A DNA stretch of 64,000 nt from Muribaculaceae bacterium (GTDB lineage: Bacteria > Bacteroidota > Bacteroidia > Bacteroidales > Muribaculaceae). Below are positions 40,473 through 50,566 of this stretch, in pieces (the first letter of the stretch is position 1; every line of letters begins with the position of its first letter). The stretch is taken from positions 10,787-74,786 of the forward strand of contig JAFUVK010000017.1 of the NCBI GenBank assembly GCA_017477555.1, written 5' to 3'. A program made the position numbers and the translations under genes. The notes beneath the pieces are model-generated. The model ran no database searches. It saw only the letters and a list, made by a program, of their open reading frames with translations, and was not told where the DNA came from.

Positions 40473-41648
40473 TCAATAGTAAACCTCAACCTTAGTGATT
40501 TGCACACCTCCAGTGGCCGTGAAGGTCACCTCGTCGGCCGTTCCCTCCCAGGTGCCGGTCTTCAGGTCATCGGACGTTGTGTAAGTTTCCTGGCTGGGCA
40601 TGAGCTTGTCGGCAGTGGATGCCTCTGTGTCGGGGTTGAAGGTGAGGACAATTTTCTTGAGTCCTGTGCCCTTGATGGTCATGCTGTTTTTGTTGCGCAA
40701 CAAGAAGTAGCCAGTCTGGAACACGGGCTGGAAGATGGCCGAGTTCTTGGTCAGCGTCATGGTGATGTCGTCATTGAGTGCCATGTCGCCCTCGAACGAG
40801 CCCGACGCAGTCGATGTAGCGCCATCCCACACGGCCACCTTGTCATCACCGCCAGGGTTTTCTCCCTGATTATCCTTGGGTACCACGGCACGCACCGGGC
40901 GTCCCAGATAGCGATAGGTGCCATTGATTTGGCAAGAGTTGGCATAGTCCCCTGCGATCCAGAATTCAGCGGCAAAGGCAAACGACGGCATGCTGATTTC
41001 GGTGGCCGAGTTGACGCACTCGCTGGTCCAGTATGTCGACAACTGTCCGTCATATGTGGGATACTCATCCTGAATCCATCCGCATGCGGGCAAGAAAATC
41101 GACGCGCCCTCATAGCCCTCGACCTTGCTGGTGAGCCGCACACCTGAATATCCACCTTCGGTAGCTGTGTAGTCGATGTCGCAGTTGTCGATCAGCTCCT
41201 GAAACTCAGCGCGCGTTGGCATGCGCCAGTCTCCGCCCCACATGTTCTTGGCGGCATCATCCTCGTTCTGCAGTCGGCTCAGCGCATCACTCTGGTTATA
41301 CTTGGTCAGCGACGCAGCCGAAGCTCCATACTTGTAGGTACTCCATGAGTACCACTCTTTGCTTGCAATCTCGGCCCATGCGAATAGGTTTCCCGGCTCA
41401 TAGACGGTCTCCGCGCCCAGGTTGACCGATGCCCAGTTGACCGACAGTCCCAGGTCGACAATCTCGACATTGTCGGGTGTCTTGTCGTCATAGGGGTTGG
41501 CGTCGGTCTTGAAACGCATCTCCTTGATGTTGCTGACCTCGAGTTCAATGAGCGAACCGTCGTTCTTCTCAATTTGGAAAATTTGAGCCTCGGTTGTCAT
41601 CGTCGACAGGCCCATGAGTGCTGCTATAGCGATAGTTAACTTTTTCAT
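40473..41648 (-). CDS. Secreted protein with DLGLSVxWA (DUF1566 / Fib_succ_major-like) domain
   Basis: VDLGLSVNWASVNLGA, G.LFAW, DDAA...WGGDWRMPT..E.QEL, SIFLPACG, YWTS, GRPVRAV. Confidence 0.75.
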   Translation of the reverse strand: MKKLTIAIAALMGLSTMTTEAQIFQIEKNDGSLIELEVSNIKEMRFKTDANPYDDKTPDNVEIVDLGLSVNWASVNLGAETVYEPGNLFAWAEIASKEWYSWSTYKYGASAASLTKYNQSDALSRLQNEDDAAKNMWGGDWRMPTRAEFQELIDNCDIDYTATEGGYSGVRLTSKVEGYEGASIFLPACGWIQDEYPTYDGQLSTYWTSECVNSATEISMPSFAFAAEFWIAGDYANSCQINGTYRYLGRPVRAVVPKDNQGENPGGDDKVAVWDGATSTASGSFEGDMALNDDITMTLTKNSAIFQPVFQTGYFLLRNKNSMTIKGTGLKKIVLTFNPDTEASTADKLMPSQETYTTSDDLKTGTWEGTADEVTFTATGGVQITKVEVYY

Positions 41649-42127
41649 TTCTTCAGAATCTTGATGGTTTGACTTGTGGTTTTGATGATGTAGACACCAG
41701 CATTGAGCTGTGTCATGTCGATGGTGGCTGCACCGTCGACGGTTGCGACAGTGCGCATCAGTCGTCCGTTCAGGTCATAGACCTGCACTACCAGGCCGGC
41801 ACCGTCGACCTGTACGTTGCAGCCATCGTAGGCAAACGTGAAGTTTGTTTTTTCCTTGATGTCGGCAACAGCCGTTAAGTGCTCATCGGGCATCGTGAAG
41901 TAGAATCGCTCGACCTGCTGTTGTGGTAACTCGGTCTCTGCGATAAGCGACTTGATGAGCACGTTGTCACCTTCAAAGGTCACTTTTGGGTCTTCCCCAA
42001 TCACATACTCTTGTGTAGTGCCATCGACCAGCTCGACGATGAGTGCCACCTGCGTGTTTTGTGCACGCATGTGCAAGCAGGTGATGAGCAGCAAGAGCAG
42101 TGAGCATAGTTTAGTCTTTGTACTCAT
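41645..42127 (-). CDS. Small T9SS type A sorting-domain protein
   Basis: Signal peptide; C-terminal VYDLNGRL...L.AGVYIIK...KILKK. Confidence 0.8.
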   Translation of the reverse strand: MSTKTKLCSLLLLLITCLHMRAQNTQVALIVELVDGTTQEYVIGEDPKVTFEGDNVLIKSLIAETELPQQQVERFYFTMPDEHLTAVADIKEKTNFTFAYDGCNVQVDGAGLVVQVYDLNGRLMRTVATVDGAATIDMTQLNAGVYIIKTTSQTIKILKK

Positions 42128-42249
42128 AGTGATTAAAATGTTTAGAAATTGTACTACAATAAAATTGGTAGTGCAAAATTACAATCAATCACTGAAATGT
42201 CGGTCAAATGGGGGTTGTAAGGGTGTTTCAATTCAAGAATCGAAACCAT

Positions 42250-43821
42250 TTAGAGGCTTTTCTGGTAGTCGGTAGGGGTCATGCCCATGATTTTTTTGAA
42301 GGCTTGATACATGGTTACGCGGCTCTTGAACCCCACCGAGTAGGCAATGCCCTCGAGCGACAAGTTGCCATAGTTCTCTTTGTCGGCCATGCGTCGACAT
42401 GCCTCCTCGACCCGCAACTTGCTCACCAGTGTGGCAAAATTGCAACCATAGAGTTCGTTGATGACCTGCGAGATGTATTTGGGGTTGGATTGGCACAATT
42501 CTGCCAGCTGGTTAAGGCAGAACGCTTGGTCGTAGACCGCGTCATTGCCCTGAAGGACTTGCTGAATCTTCAGCTTGAGCTGTTGCTTGTTGTCCTCGTC
42601 CAGGCCGCTGGCTTGGTATTTGGGCATAGGGGAGCTGGCGGTTTGCGGTCGGTTGTCGGCCGTTGCTTGGTGTCGTCGGCGCCACACCAGCAACCACATC
42701 GCCACCACCGATGCAGCTACCATCACAAGCACCACCAGCCCCACAGTGAGCCAGTGGCTGAGGCGTTCCTGCTGGCGGATGCGAGCTTCCTGCTTGATGA
42801 GCTGGCTCACAAAGTTGAGTGCGCTCACTTGGTCCAGATTATTGACGGCCAGCAGCGAGTCTTTGCTTCGCAAAGCAGCGTCGGCATATTGATGGGCAGT
42901 GGCCGTGTCGCCCAGTTGGCCATAGAAGTCGGCCAGGTCTCGTGCAGTGATGGCCTCGCCATCCTTCATGTGTGTCTCGATGGCCAGTTGGCGCATGATC
43001 AACTCGTAGTGTATAGCCGAGTCGAGCTGCCCCACAAAGGCAAATGACTTGACCAGTGCCGTATAGGCTTCAAATTGATAGATGTTGGAATATTCATCGT
43101 CGGGAACCTGCATCAATTGCTGCCGGAACACTTGGCGCGCCTTACTCATGTCGCCATCTAGCACATGACAAAGTCCGCGATGGAAGCAACGTATGTACTG
43201 CCTGCGAGGCACATCGGCTGGAATGGGCGCACTGGCAAATGCATCCAGTTCTCGGCGCATCTCGGCTAGCCGTTTGGCACCATAGAGATGATTTCCCAGA
43301 TTGAAAAATGCTGTCTGCAACGAGGGCCACTGCTCATACTTCAGTGCCGACCAGAAGGCGTTGCGATAGGCCTGTTCGGCCCGACTGAAATTCTCTTCTT
43401 TGGGCTTCTGATGGGCGTAGGTCATCAGCAGTGCACCTTGCTCCATATACACCCCGGTCATGCAGTCGCCCATGTCCTTGTCGCCACAGATTGCCATAGC
43501 CTGTGCCAACTGCTCGTAGGCCTTACCATAATCAAAGAATCGAAAGTATAGCCTGGCCGACATCGTCAGCGACTTGACCACCATCGATTTCTCACGGGTC
43601 GACATGGCTGACACCGGGCGGTTGCCACAAATCGAGAAACAAATCAGGGCGGAGTCGTCCTGGTGTTTCTCATAATAGCTGATGCCTCGCGAGAACAAGC
43701 TGTCGGTCGACAAAGTGCGCCATTGGGCATAGACACTGTCGAGCCGGCTTTCAGCACTGACCAGCAGCGAAATCGCCACATACAGCACGAAAATAGATAT
43801 GTAACCAAAAAATTGCCTCAC
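42250..43821 (-). CDS. Membrane-anchored AraC-family regulator with periplasmic TPR-like sensor
   Basis: Helical N-terminal region, TM, C-terminal LAEL..SN.KYISQVIN...LRVEEA...IAYSVGFKS...FKK..G.TP; GTG start estimated. Confidence 0.85.
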   Translation of the reverse strand: MRQFFGYISIFVLYVAISLLVSAESRLDSVYAQWRTLSTDSLFSRGISYYEKHQDDSALICFSICGNRPVSAMSTREKSMVVKSLTMSARLYFRFFDYGKAYEQLAQAMAICGDKDMGDCMTGVYMEQGALLMTYAHQKPKEENFSRAEQAYRNAFWSALKYEQWPSLQTAFFNLGNHLYGAKRLAEMRRELDAFASAPIPADVPRRQYIRCFHRGLCHVLDGDMSKARQVFRQQLMQVPDDEYSNIYQFEAYTALVKSFAFVGQLDSAIHYELIMRQLAIETHMKDGEAITARDLADFYGQLGDTATAHQYADAALRSKDSLLAVNNLDQVSALNFVSQLIKQEARIRQQERLSHWLTVGLVVLVMVAASVVAMWLLVWRRRHQATADNRPQTASSPMPKYQASGLDEDNKQQLKLKIQQVLQGNDAVYDQAFCLNQLAELCQSNPKYISQVINELYGCNFATLVSKLRVEEACRRMADKENYGNLSLEGIAYSVGFKSRVTMYQAFKKIMGMTPTDYQKSL

Positions 43822-44028
43822 GCCTGCATGATATTTTAGTAATGCTCTCAGCGGGTTCAAAGCCCAGTGCCGCACAGCACAAAAAACCAAAAATGGGCAA
43901 CAAAGGTAAGCATAAATCTTGGTTATACAAAACAATCAATAAAAGAAAGGCAACAAAAAAGCCGGCGCAAACCGGCTATTTTGATAAAGTTCACATCATT
44001 CCCACTCAAGTTTCTGAAGGAGTTAAGA

Positions 44029-44091
44029 CAATGGGCTGCGCCTGCGGCAATGCTCGAGCTTGCTCGGCATTACATTCGGCTTGCACCATTG
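44029..44091. repeat. Second copy of the CGGCAATGC...GGCATT palindromic repeat
   Basis: caatgg gctgcgcctgcggcaatgctcgagc tt gctcggcattacattcggcttgca ccattg. Confidence 0.55.
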
Positions 44092-44150
44092 GTCCCCTGA
44101 CAGGGGAGGTGGACTGCTGCCAGTGGCTGAATGGTTGCTGTTCGCTCTGG

Positions 44151-45416
44151 TCACTCGGGGTAGATGAGATAAGGCGCGCGCTGTTTCTTGAATTGCTCCA
44201 CATCATCGGCCCACGTGGCCTTGATTTGAGCCGCTGTCATGCCCTGGGCTATCATCTGGCGAATGTCGGTTCGTCCCATGAGCAGGTCGAAGAAGTTGTT
44301 CTTGAGGAAGAACTGCTGCCCCTGCCCGGTGAGGTCGCGGTAGGCGTCGATGACATACTCCAGGTTGATGCCTTGCGCTATGGCCGCCTCACAGTCCATG
44401 CTGTGGAGGTCCACACCGTGGCACAGCTTGTCGAGTTGTGGCGGGTTCTTGGCCCCAGCCCGGCTGCGTGGCGTGAAGCTGAAGTCGCGCCCTGTCATGG
44501 CCGGATGGCCGTAGACCTGGAACGGCCAGTCGGTGCCGCGTCCCAGACTCACTGTCGTGCCCTCGAAGTAGCACGTCGACGGGTAGAGGTAGACCGAGAG
44601 CATATTGGGCAGGTTGGGCGACGGAGCGATGGGCAACTCATAGCGCGTGTGGCGTGTGTAACCCTCGCAGGGAATTACCGTGAGCGGCACCCGCTTACCC
44701 TCCTTGAGCCATCCCTCGCCATTGACCATCTGCGCCAGTTCGCCCATGGTCATGCCATAGACGGTGGGTATGGGCAGCCGCCCCACTCCACTCTTGAGCT
44801 TCATGTCCAATATGGGTCCGTCCACGGTCATGATGTTGGGGTTCGGGCGGTCGAACACGACAAACTCCTTGCCGTAGGTGGCGGCAGCATCCATCAGGTT
44901 GACCATGGTGATATAATAGGTGTAGAAGCGCAATCCCACATCCTGGATGTCGGTGACAATGACATCAAATTTGCTCATGGTCTCGGCGCTGGGCATAGGA
45001 CTCTTACCATCGTAGAGCGACGCGATGGGTATGCCCGTCTTCTGGTCGACACTGCTCGAGACATGCTCGCCGGCATCGGCAGTGCCCCTGAATCCATGCT
45101 CGGGCGAGAAGATGGTGGTCACTTGCAGCCCGTGCTCGAGCATGATGTCGAGCACATGGCGGTCGGCGACCATGCCCGTCTGGTTGCTCAGCAGAGCTAT
45201 GCGCTTGCCCTGCAGCAGTGGCACGTAGCGGTCGGTGCGCGCCGCGCCCACTACCACCGAGTGTGCCTTGCTGACTTCAGGGCCCGTGGCCACCGTTTGC
45301 TCCTGGGCGGTGCGTGCCGATGGCACCTGGGTGCCTCGGGCCGTACAGGCACAGGCAGTGGCCGCGATGGCAATGCCCACCACGGCCAGTCGTAACAGTG
45401 TTCCGGATTGTTTCAT
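44151..45416 (-). CDS. namZ: Exo-beta-N-acetylmuramidase NamZ (DUF1343)
   Basis: NQTG, FSPEHGFRG, DIQDVGLRFYTY, DRPNP, GMTMGELA, PSPNLP, SLGRGT. Confidence 0.9.
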   Translation of the reverse strand: MKQSGTLLRLAVVGIAIAATACACTARGTQVPSARTAQEQTVATGPEVSKAHSVVVGAARTDRYVPLLQGKRIALLSNQTGMVADRHVLDIMLEHGLQVTTIFSPEHGFRGTADAGEHVSSSVDQKTGIPIASLYDGKSPMPSAETMSKFDVIVTDIQDVGLRFYTYYITMVNLMDAAATYGKEFVVFDRPNPNIMTVDGPILDMKLKSGVGRLPIPTVYGMTMGELAQMVNGEGWLKEGKRVPLTVIPCEGYTRHTRYELPIAPSPNLPNMLSVYLYPSTCYFEGTTVSLGRGTDWPFQVYGHPAMTGRDFSFTPRSRAGAKNPPQLDKLCHGVDLHSMDCEAAIAQGINLEYVIDAYRDLTGQGQQFFLKNNFFDLLMGRTDIRQMIAQGMTAAQIKATWADDVEQFKKQRAPYLIYPE

Positions 45417-45442
45417 TGTCGTAGAATTTTATGTTTTGGTTT

Positions 45443-45961
45443 TCACTCAGAGAGCATTTTTTCCATCGAGCCGCGGGGCAGCCCCTTGAAGGTGCCGATG
45501 TTGGTCACCATCTCGCTGGCCGTCAGGCGCGAGACTTGCAGGTCGCTGTAGTCGCTCACCATGCTCAAAAATTGCTTCTTCATGCCCGGTACAGCCTTCT
45601 CGATCTCCTGTTTCATCACGTGGTTCATCTTGTCGGCCAGGCCTTTGTTTGATGCCTTCATGTCGACATCGTCATAGAACTGCGCCATACCGGTGGCAAT
45701 CTTCATGTGCAACCTTTTGCCGTCGTAGGTGTAGGTGCCCGGTGCAATCATGGCCAGCATCACCGTGCCGCGCTCAATCTCCTGATCCATGAACATAAGC
45801 ATGGTGCAAGTGCCGTCATCATCAAAGCTGGTCATGATGGTCACTGTGGCTCCCTTGAAAGCCTCGGTCTCGGCAGCCCACTCGTGGCTGGTGAGCGATT
45901 GTGCCCCGGCGGTAAGCATGCCCACCAGTGCAAACATCATTGCAAAAAATCTTGCTTTCAT
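45443..45961 (-). CDS. Secreted hypothetical protein
   Basis: Signal peptide MKARFFAMMFALVGMLTAGA; 172 aa. Confidence 0.7.
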   Translation of the reverse strand: MKARFFAMMFALVGMLTAGAQSLTSHEWAAETEAFKGATVTIMTSFDDDGTCTMLMFMDQEIERGTVMLAMIAPGTYTYDGKRLHMKIATGMAQFYDDVDMKASNKGLADKMNHVMKQEIEKAVPGMKKQFLSMVSDYSDLQVSRLTASEMVTNIGTFKGLPRGSMEKMLSE

Positions 45962-46281
45962 AAGTGTTTGAAAAATATTTAGAAAAGAGTTATAATGCAG
46001 CCACAAATATAGAAAAAATATATGTTTTGGCCAAATAAAGGGGTATTTATTTAGCCAAATGGAAGGCAAAATGGTGTTTGATGGCCGGATTTGTCCCCTC
46101 TTGTTTGCCCCAAAGGCATCACATACACTTCATTATTTCTGTTCAGCGATTGGTTCCAGCGAGGCTCCCCTCCCCTTTTCCAAAGGGGAGGGGAAACGCA
46201 CAATCGCTACCATGTAACACTTTCACACGGTATTGATAATTAGATTGTTATAGGGATGCCGTTCGTCATCCCTGCGTCAAG

Positions 46282-46367
46282 GTAGGGACGACATCGCTAT
46301 GCCGCCGGCCTCAACAAAAGGTAATGTTGCAGCCCGGAGGCGGACGGCACAGGGGTGCCGTCCCTAC
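46282..46367. repeat. GTAG-type REP pair (REPIN-like), uninterrupted copy
   Basis: gtagggacgacatcgctatgccgccggcctcaacaaaaggtaatg ttgcagcccgg aggcggacggcacaggggtgccgtccctac. Confidence 0.75.
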
Positions 46368-46435
46368 CATTGTTTATTTCTTAGGCAGGGCCTAAGATAC
46401 GAACGGTTACGATGCTACTTTAGGAAGTAAATGAA

Positions 46436-49400
46436 TTATGAAATGGTGGGCAGGTCGGTGATGAGGCGCAGGATGTCGAGGGCCTGGGTGACGGTGGTGA
46501 CCTGCTCGATGCTGAACGAGCGGCGGCCGCCCTTGTCGCGGATGTGGCAACGGCGCGGGTTGTTCTGCAAGTACTGCAACATGCGGCCGAAGGCCGGCGA
46601 CTGATAGTAGGCCACGTTCTCCTCGCCCACGAAGTAGGTGTACATCATGCCGCCCTTGAGGGCAATCTTCTCGATGCCCAGGCGGCGGGCATAGCGGCGC
46701 AGCGGCACAATGCGTATGAGCTCCTGAGCCATCGGCGGGATGGGGCCGAAGCGGTCCACCATGCGTGCCTCGAAGTCCTTGACCTGCATCTCGGTCTCCA
46801 TGCCGTCGAGTTCGCGGTACAAGGTTATGCGCTCGTTCTCTTGCGGCACATAAGTGGCCGGGAACATCAGCTCGAGGTCGGTGTCGATAGTGCAGTCGTT
46901 GACAAAGCTCTGCTGGTCGTCGCCGGTGGGGTTGTCGTTGGCAAACTCCTCGGCAAACTCCTCGGTGCGCAGTTCCAGCACAGCCTCCGTGAGGATTTTC
47001 TGGTAGGTCTCATAGCCCAGGTCGGCAATGAAGCCGCTCTGCTCGGCACCCAGCAGGTTGCCTGCGCCGCGTATGTCCAAGTCTTGCATGGCAATGTGGA
47101 TGCCAGCTCCCAGGTCGCTGAAACTCTCGATGGCCTGCAGGCGGCGCCGTGCCACCGTGGTGAGCGGTCGGCCGGGCGGCACCAGCAGGTAGCAGAACGC
47201 CTTGCGGCTGCTGCGCCCCACGCGTCCGCGCAACTGGTGCAAGTCGCTCAGACCATAGCTCTGGGCATTGTTGATGATGATGGTGTTGACATTGGGCATG
47301 TCGATGCCGCTCTCGATGATGGTGGTGGCCAGCAGCACGTCGTAGTCGTGGTTGGCAAAGTCGATGATGATCTGCTCCATCTGCTCGGGCGGCATCTGGC
47401 CGTGAGCCACCACCACGCGTGCATCGGGCACCACGCGGTTCACCATCTGCTTCAGGTTGTAGAGCTGCTCGATGCGGTTATTGACAAAGAATACCTGCCC
47501 GTTGCGCGAGAGCTCGAAGTTGATGGCCTCGGCCAGCACATCGTCGTCGAGCGTGCCCAGCTGGGTGAGGATGGGATATCGATTGGCCGGCGGCGTGTTG
47601 ATGGCACTCAAGTCGCGTGCGCCCATGAGCGAGAACTGCAGGGTGCGCGGTATGGGCGTGGCGCTCATGGTCAGTGTGTCGACATTGACCTTGAGCTGCT
47701 TAAGCTTCTCCTTGGTGGCTACGCCGAACTTCTGCTCCTCGTCGATGACCAGCAGGCCCAGGTCATGGAACTTGACGGTCTTGCCGATGAGCTTGTGTGT
47801 GCCTATGATGATGTCAATCTTGCCCTGTGCCAGGTCGAGCAGCAGTTGCTTGACATCCTTGGGCTTGCGTGCGCGGCTCAGGTAGTCGACCCGCACCGGG
47901 AAGTCCTTGAGACGTTCGCTGAAGGTGTTGTAGTGCTGGAACGCCAGCACCGTGGTGGGCACCAGCACAGCAGTCTGCTTGCCGTCGACGGCGGCCTTGA
48001 AGGCCGCGCGTATGGCCACCTCGGTCTTGCCGAAGCCCACGTCGCCGCACACGAGTCGATCCATGGGTTTGGCGCTCTCCATGTCGGCCTTCACGGCCTG
48101 CGTGGCCTTGAGCTGGTCGGGCGTGTCCTCGTAGACGAACGACGCCTCCAGCTCCTGCTGCAGATAGCCGTCGGGCGAGAAGGCATGCCCCTGCTCCTTG
48201 CGCCGCTGGGCGTAGAGCTTGATCAGGTCGCGGGCGATGTCCTTGAGCCGGCTCTTGGTGCGCGACTTGATTTTGTTCCAGGTGCCGCTGCCCAGCTTGT
48301 GCAGGCGCGGCTCGATGCCCTCCTTGCCGCGGTACTTCGAGAGCTTGTGCAGCGAGTGGATCGACACAAAGATGGTGTCGCCGTTCAGGTAGGTGAGCTT
48401 GATCATCTCCTGCATCTTGCCATTGACCGCCGTGCGCAACAGTCCGCCAAACTTGCCGATGCCGTGATCCTCATGGACGATATAGTCGCCCACCTCAATC
48501 TGATTCAGCTCCTTGAGCGACAGGGCCAGCTTGCCCGAGCGCGCCCGCTCGCTCTTGAGGTTGTACTTGTGGAAACGGTCGAAGATCTGGTGGTCGGTGA
48601 ACACGCACAGCCGCAGGTCGTCGTCGACAAACCCCTCGTGTAGCGTTCGCAGACATGGCTCAAAGCGTATATCGTCCTTGCGGTCGTCGAAGATGGCGCG
48701 CAGTCGCGCTATCTGCTTGTCGTTGTCGCTCAGGATGATGATTTGATACCCTCGGTTCAGGAAGTCCTTGAACGACTCACTGATCAGGTCGAAGTTCTTG
48801 TGGTAGATGCCCTGCGGCAGGCAGTGCAGCGTCAGTCGCGAGTCGCTCTTGAGGGCACTCTCGCCATAGCTGAAGTCGATGCGGCGCATCGAGTGCAGCA
48901 TGGCGGCAAAGTGGTCCACGTCCACCACCTGATCCATGGCATGCTGGTCGCCCTCACGGGCGATGACAGCACTGTCCGACATCCCCTCGGCCGCTATGTC
49001 TCGCACACGGCTCTCGAGCCACTGCGCGTCGCGGCACAGTAGCATCGTCTCGGGCTGGATGTAGTCGAGCAGCGAGGTTCCCGTCGCGCTCTGGCTGCCG
49101 TTGTTGCCGATGATGCCTATGCTCTCCACACGCTGCTCGCTGAGCTGGGTCTCGACGTTGAATGTGCGTATCGAGTCGATCTCGTCGCCAAAGAAGTCAA
49201 TGCGGTAGGGCAACTCGTTGCTGTAGCTGTACACATCCACTATCGAGCCACGCACGGCAAACTGCCCCGGCTCGTAGACGTAATCGACCTGTGTGAACCC
49301 GAGCTCGCGCAACCTCCGGGCTGTCTCTACCTGGTCGACGGTCTGGCCCACAGCCAACTCGACGGTGGTCTGTTCGATGGTCTGCCGCGAGGCCACCCGC

Positions 49401-49789
49401 TCGGCCAGTGCCTCGGGATAGCTCACCACCCAGCGCAGCGACGGGCTGGCATACCACTGATTGAGCACCTCGGTGCGCAGGATGCCGTTGGGAGCATCGA
49501 CTTGTCCATACTTGATGTCGCGCTTGTAGCCGCTGGGAAAAATCAGAGCCTGGCTCTCATCGCTCAGTTGCACCAGGTCATTATAGATATAGCCCGCCTC
49601 GTCCAGGTCGTTGGCCACAATCAGGTAGGGTTGCTTGCGGCGTGGCAGGCGCGAGAACAGCACCGACGAGGCCGATCCGGCCAGTCCGTCGATGACCATC
49701 GTGCCGCGCCGTCGGCCGTCCAGCAGTTGGCGCAGTGCCTCCTGCCGTGCCGGCCCACAAAACAGGTCACACAGTTGCTTGATTTCCAC
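46436..49789 (-). CDS. mfd: Transcription-repair coupling factor
   Basis: UvrB-homology region (PGQFAVRG.IVD), RID (HEDHGIGKF), GDVGFGKT, DEEQKFG, QLRGRVGR, TRG/TRCF domains. Confidence 0.98.
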   Translation of the reverse strand: MEIKQLCDLFCGPARQEALRQLLDGRRRGTMVIDGLAGSASSVLFSRLPRRKQPYLIVANDLDEAGYIYNDLVQLSDESQALIFPSGYKRDIKYGQVDAPNGILRTEVLNQWYASPSLRWVVSYPEALAERVASRQTIEQTTVELAVGQTVDQVETARRLRELGFTQVDYVYEPGQFAVRGSIVDVYSYSNELPYRIDFFGDEIDSIRTFNVETQLSEQRVESIGIIGNNGSQSATGTSLLDYIQPETMLLCRDAQWLESRVRDIAAEGMSDSAVIAREGDQHAMDQVVDVDHFAAMLHSMRRIDFSYGESALKSDSRLTLHCLPQGIYHKNFDLISESFKDFLNRGYQIIILSDNDKQIARLRAIFDDRKDDIRFEPCLRTLHEGFVDDDLRLCVFTDHQIFDRFHKYNLKSERARSGKLALSLKELNQIEVGDYIVHEDHGIGKFGGLLRTAVNGKMQEMIKLTYLNGDTIFVSIHSLHKLSKYRGKEGIEPRLHKLGSGTWNKIKSRTKSRLKDIARDLIKLYAQRRKEQGHAFSPDGYLQQELEASFVYEDTPDQLKATQAVKADMESAKPMDRLVCGDVGFGKTEVAIRAAFKAAVDGKQTAVLVPTTVLAFQHYNTFSERLKDFPVRVDYLSRARKPKDVKQLLLDLAQGKIDIIIGTHKLIGKTVKFHDLGLLVIDEEQKFGVATKEKLKQLKVNVDTLTMSATPIPRTLQFSLMGARDLSAINTPPANRYPILTQLGTLDDDVLAEAINFELSRNGQVFFVNNRIEQLYNLKQMVNRVVPDARVVVAHGQMPPEQMEQIIIDFANHDYDVLLATTIIESGIDMPNVNTIIINNAQSYGLSDLHQLRGRVGRSSRKAFCYLLVPPGRPLTTVARRRLQAIESFSDLGAGIHIAMQDLDIRGAGNLLGAEQSGFIADLGYETYQKILTEAVLELRTEEFAEEFANDNPTGDDQQSFVNDCTIDTDLELMFPATYVPQENERITLYRELDGMETEMQVKDFEARMVDRFGPIPPMAQELIRIVPLRRYARRLGIEKIALKGGMMYTYFVGEENVAYYQSPAFGRMLQYLQNNPRRCHIRDKGGRRSFSIEQVTTVTQALDILRLITDLPTIS

Positions 49790-49930
49790 TAATTCCGAAA
49801 TTTTTCGGCAAAATTAGCGCAAGTCGAGCGAAATACAAAATTAAAAACGCAGTTTTAATTTTTATTTTCCATCGCCAGTTTCGGTTGCGGCAAGCAACAA
49901 CTGCCGTGACACATCACCGTCATCCAACAA

Positions 49931-49969
49931 AACATGAGGCTGTGTCAAAAAACGACACAGCCTCATGTT
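49931..49969. terminator. Stem-loop terminator downstream of the DUF805 gene
   Basis: aacatgaggctgtgtc / gacacagcctcatgtt 16-bp inverted repeat. Confidence 0.7.
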
Positions 49970-49989
49970 GAAAGTGATGGTGCAAGTCA

Positions 49990-50400
49990 TCAGTTGTACT
50001 TGGGTGATGGACCATAGGCGTTTGAGCCGCGGTCACTGTCCTTGCAGTACCACACAATCAGAATGATGGCACCCACCAGAGGAATTAAAGCCAACAACAC
50101 TAGCCAGCCGCTCTTGCCGATGTCGTGCAGGCGGCGGACACACACGCCCAGACCTGGCAGCAACAGGCCTAGAGTGACAATACACGTCAGCACCATACCC
50201 ACCGTGGGGCTGATCAAGCCGCCGATGAGGTTGACGACATAAGACAGCACGAAGTTGCACAAGCAGAACCACCAGTACTCTGAGCGGCGAGCACGGCCAT
50301 TGAAGTCACAATACTTCTCGGTTAAGCAAATCTTGACTGCGTCGACAAACCCTAGCTGAGGGCGGACACCAGTGGGGACATTAGGATTCATTCCTTCCAT
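49990..50400 (-). CDS. DUF805 (YhaH-like) inner membrane protein
   Basis: KY.DFNGRARRSEYWWF, VRRLHDIGKSGW, N.YGP.P. Confidence 0.92.
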   Translation of the reverse strand: MEGMNPNVPTGVRPQLGFVDAVKICLTEKYCDFNGRARRSEYWWFCLCNFVLSYVVNLIGGLISPTVGMVLTCIVTLGLLLPGLGVCVRRLHDIGKSGWLVLLALIPLVGAIILIVWYCKDSDRGSNAYGPSPKYN

Positions 50401-50566
50401 AGTCTTCTAATATTAGGTGAATAATTCAATTTTTTCGCCACAAAGATACACAATTATCTGTCAAGTTCCAACTGATTGTAACTTTTTTCGGTGTTTTTCG
50501 TTAAAAATGTAGTCTTTTCGTGGGGCGGTTGGCCGTATCCGATTTTATTTGTAAATTTGCAGCCTG

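Noticed and set aside
43842-45395. 517-aa plus-strand ORF
   Set aside because: It is antisense to namZ, runs through a repeat element and has no recognisable motifs.
46544-48643. 699-aa plus-strand ORF
   Set aside because: It is an antisense shadow of mfd caused by GC3 bias.
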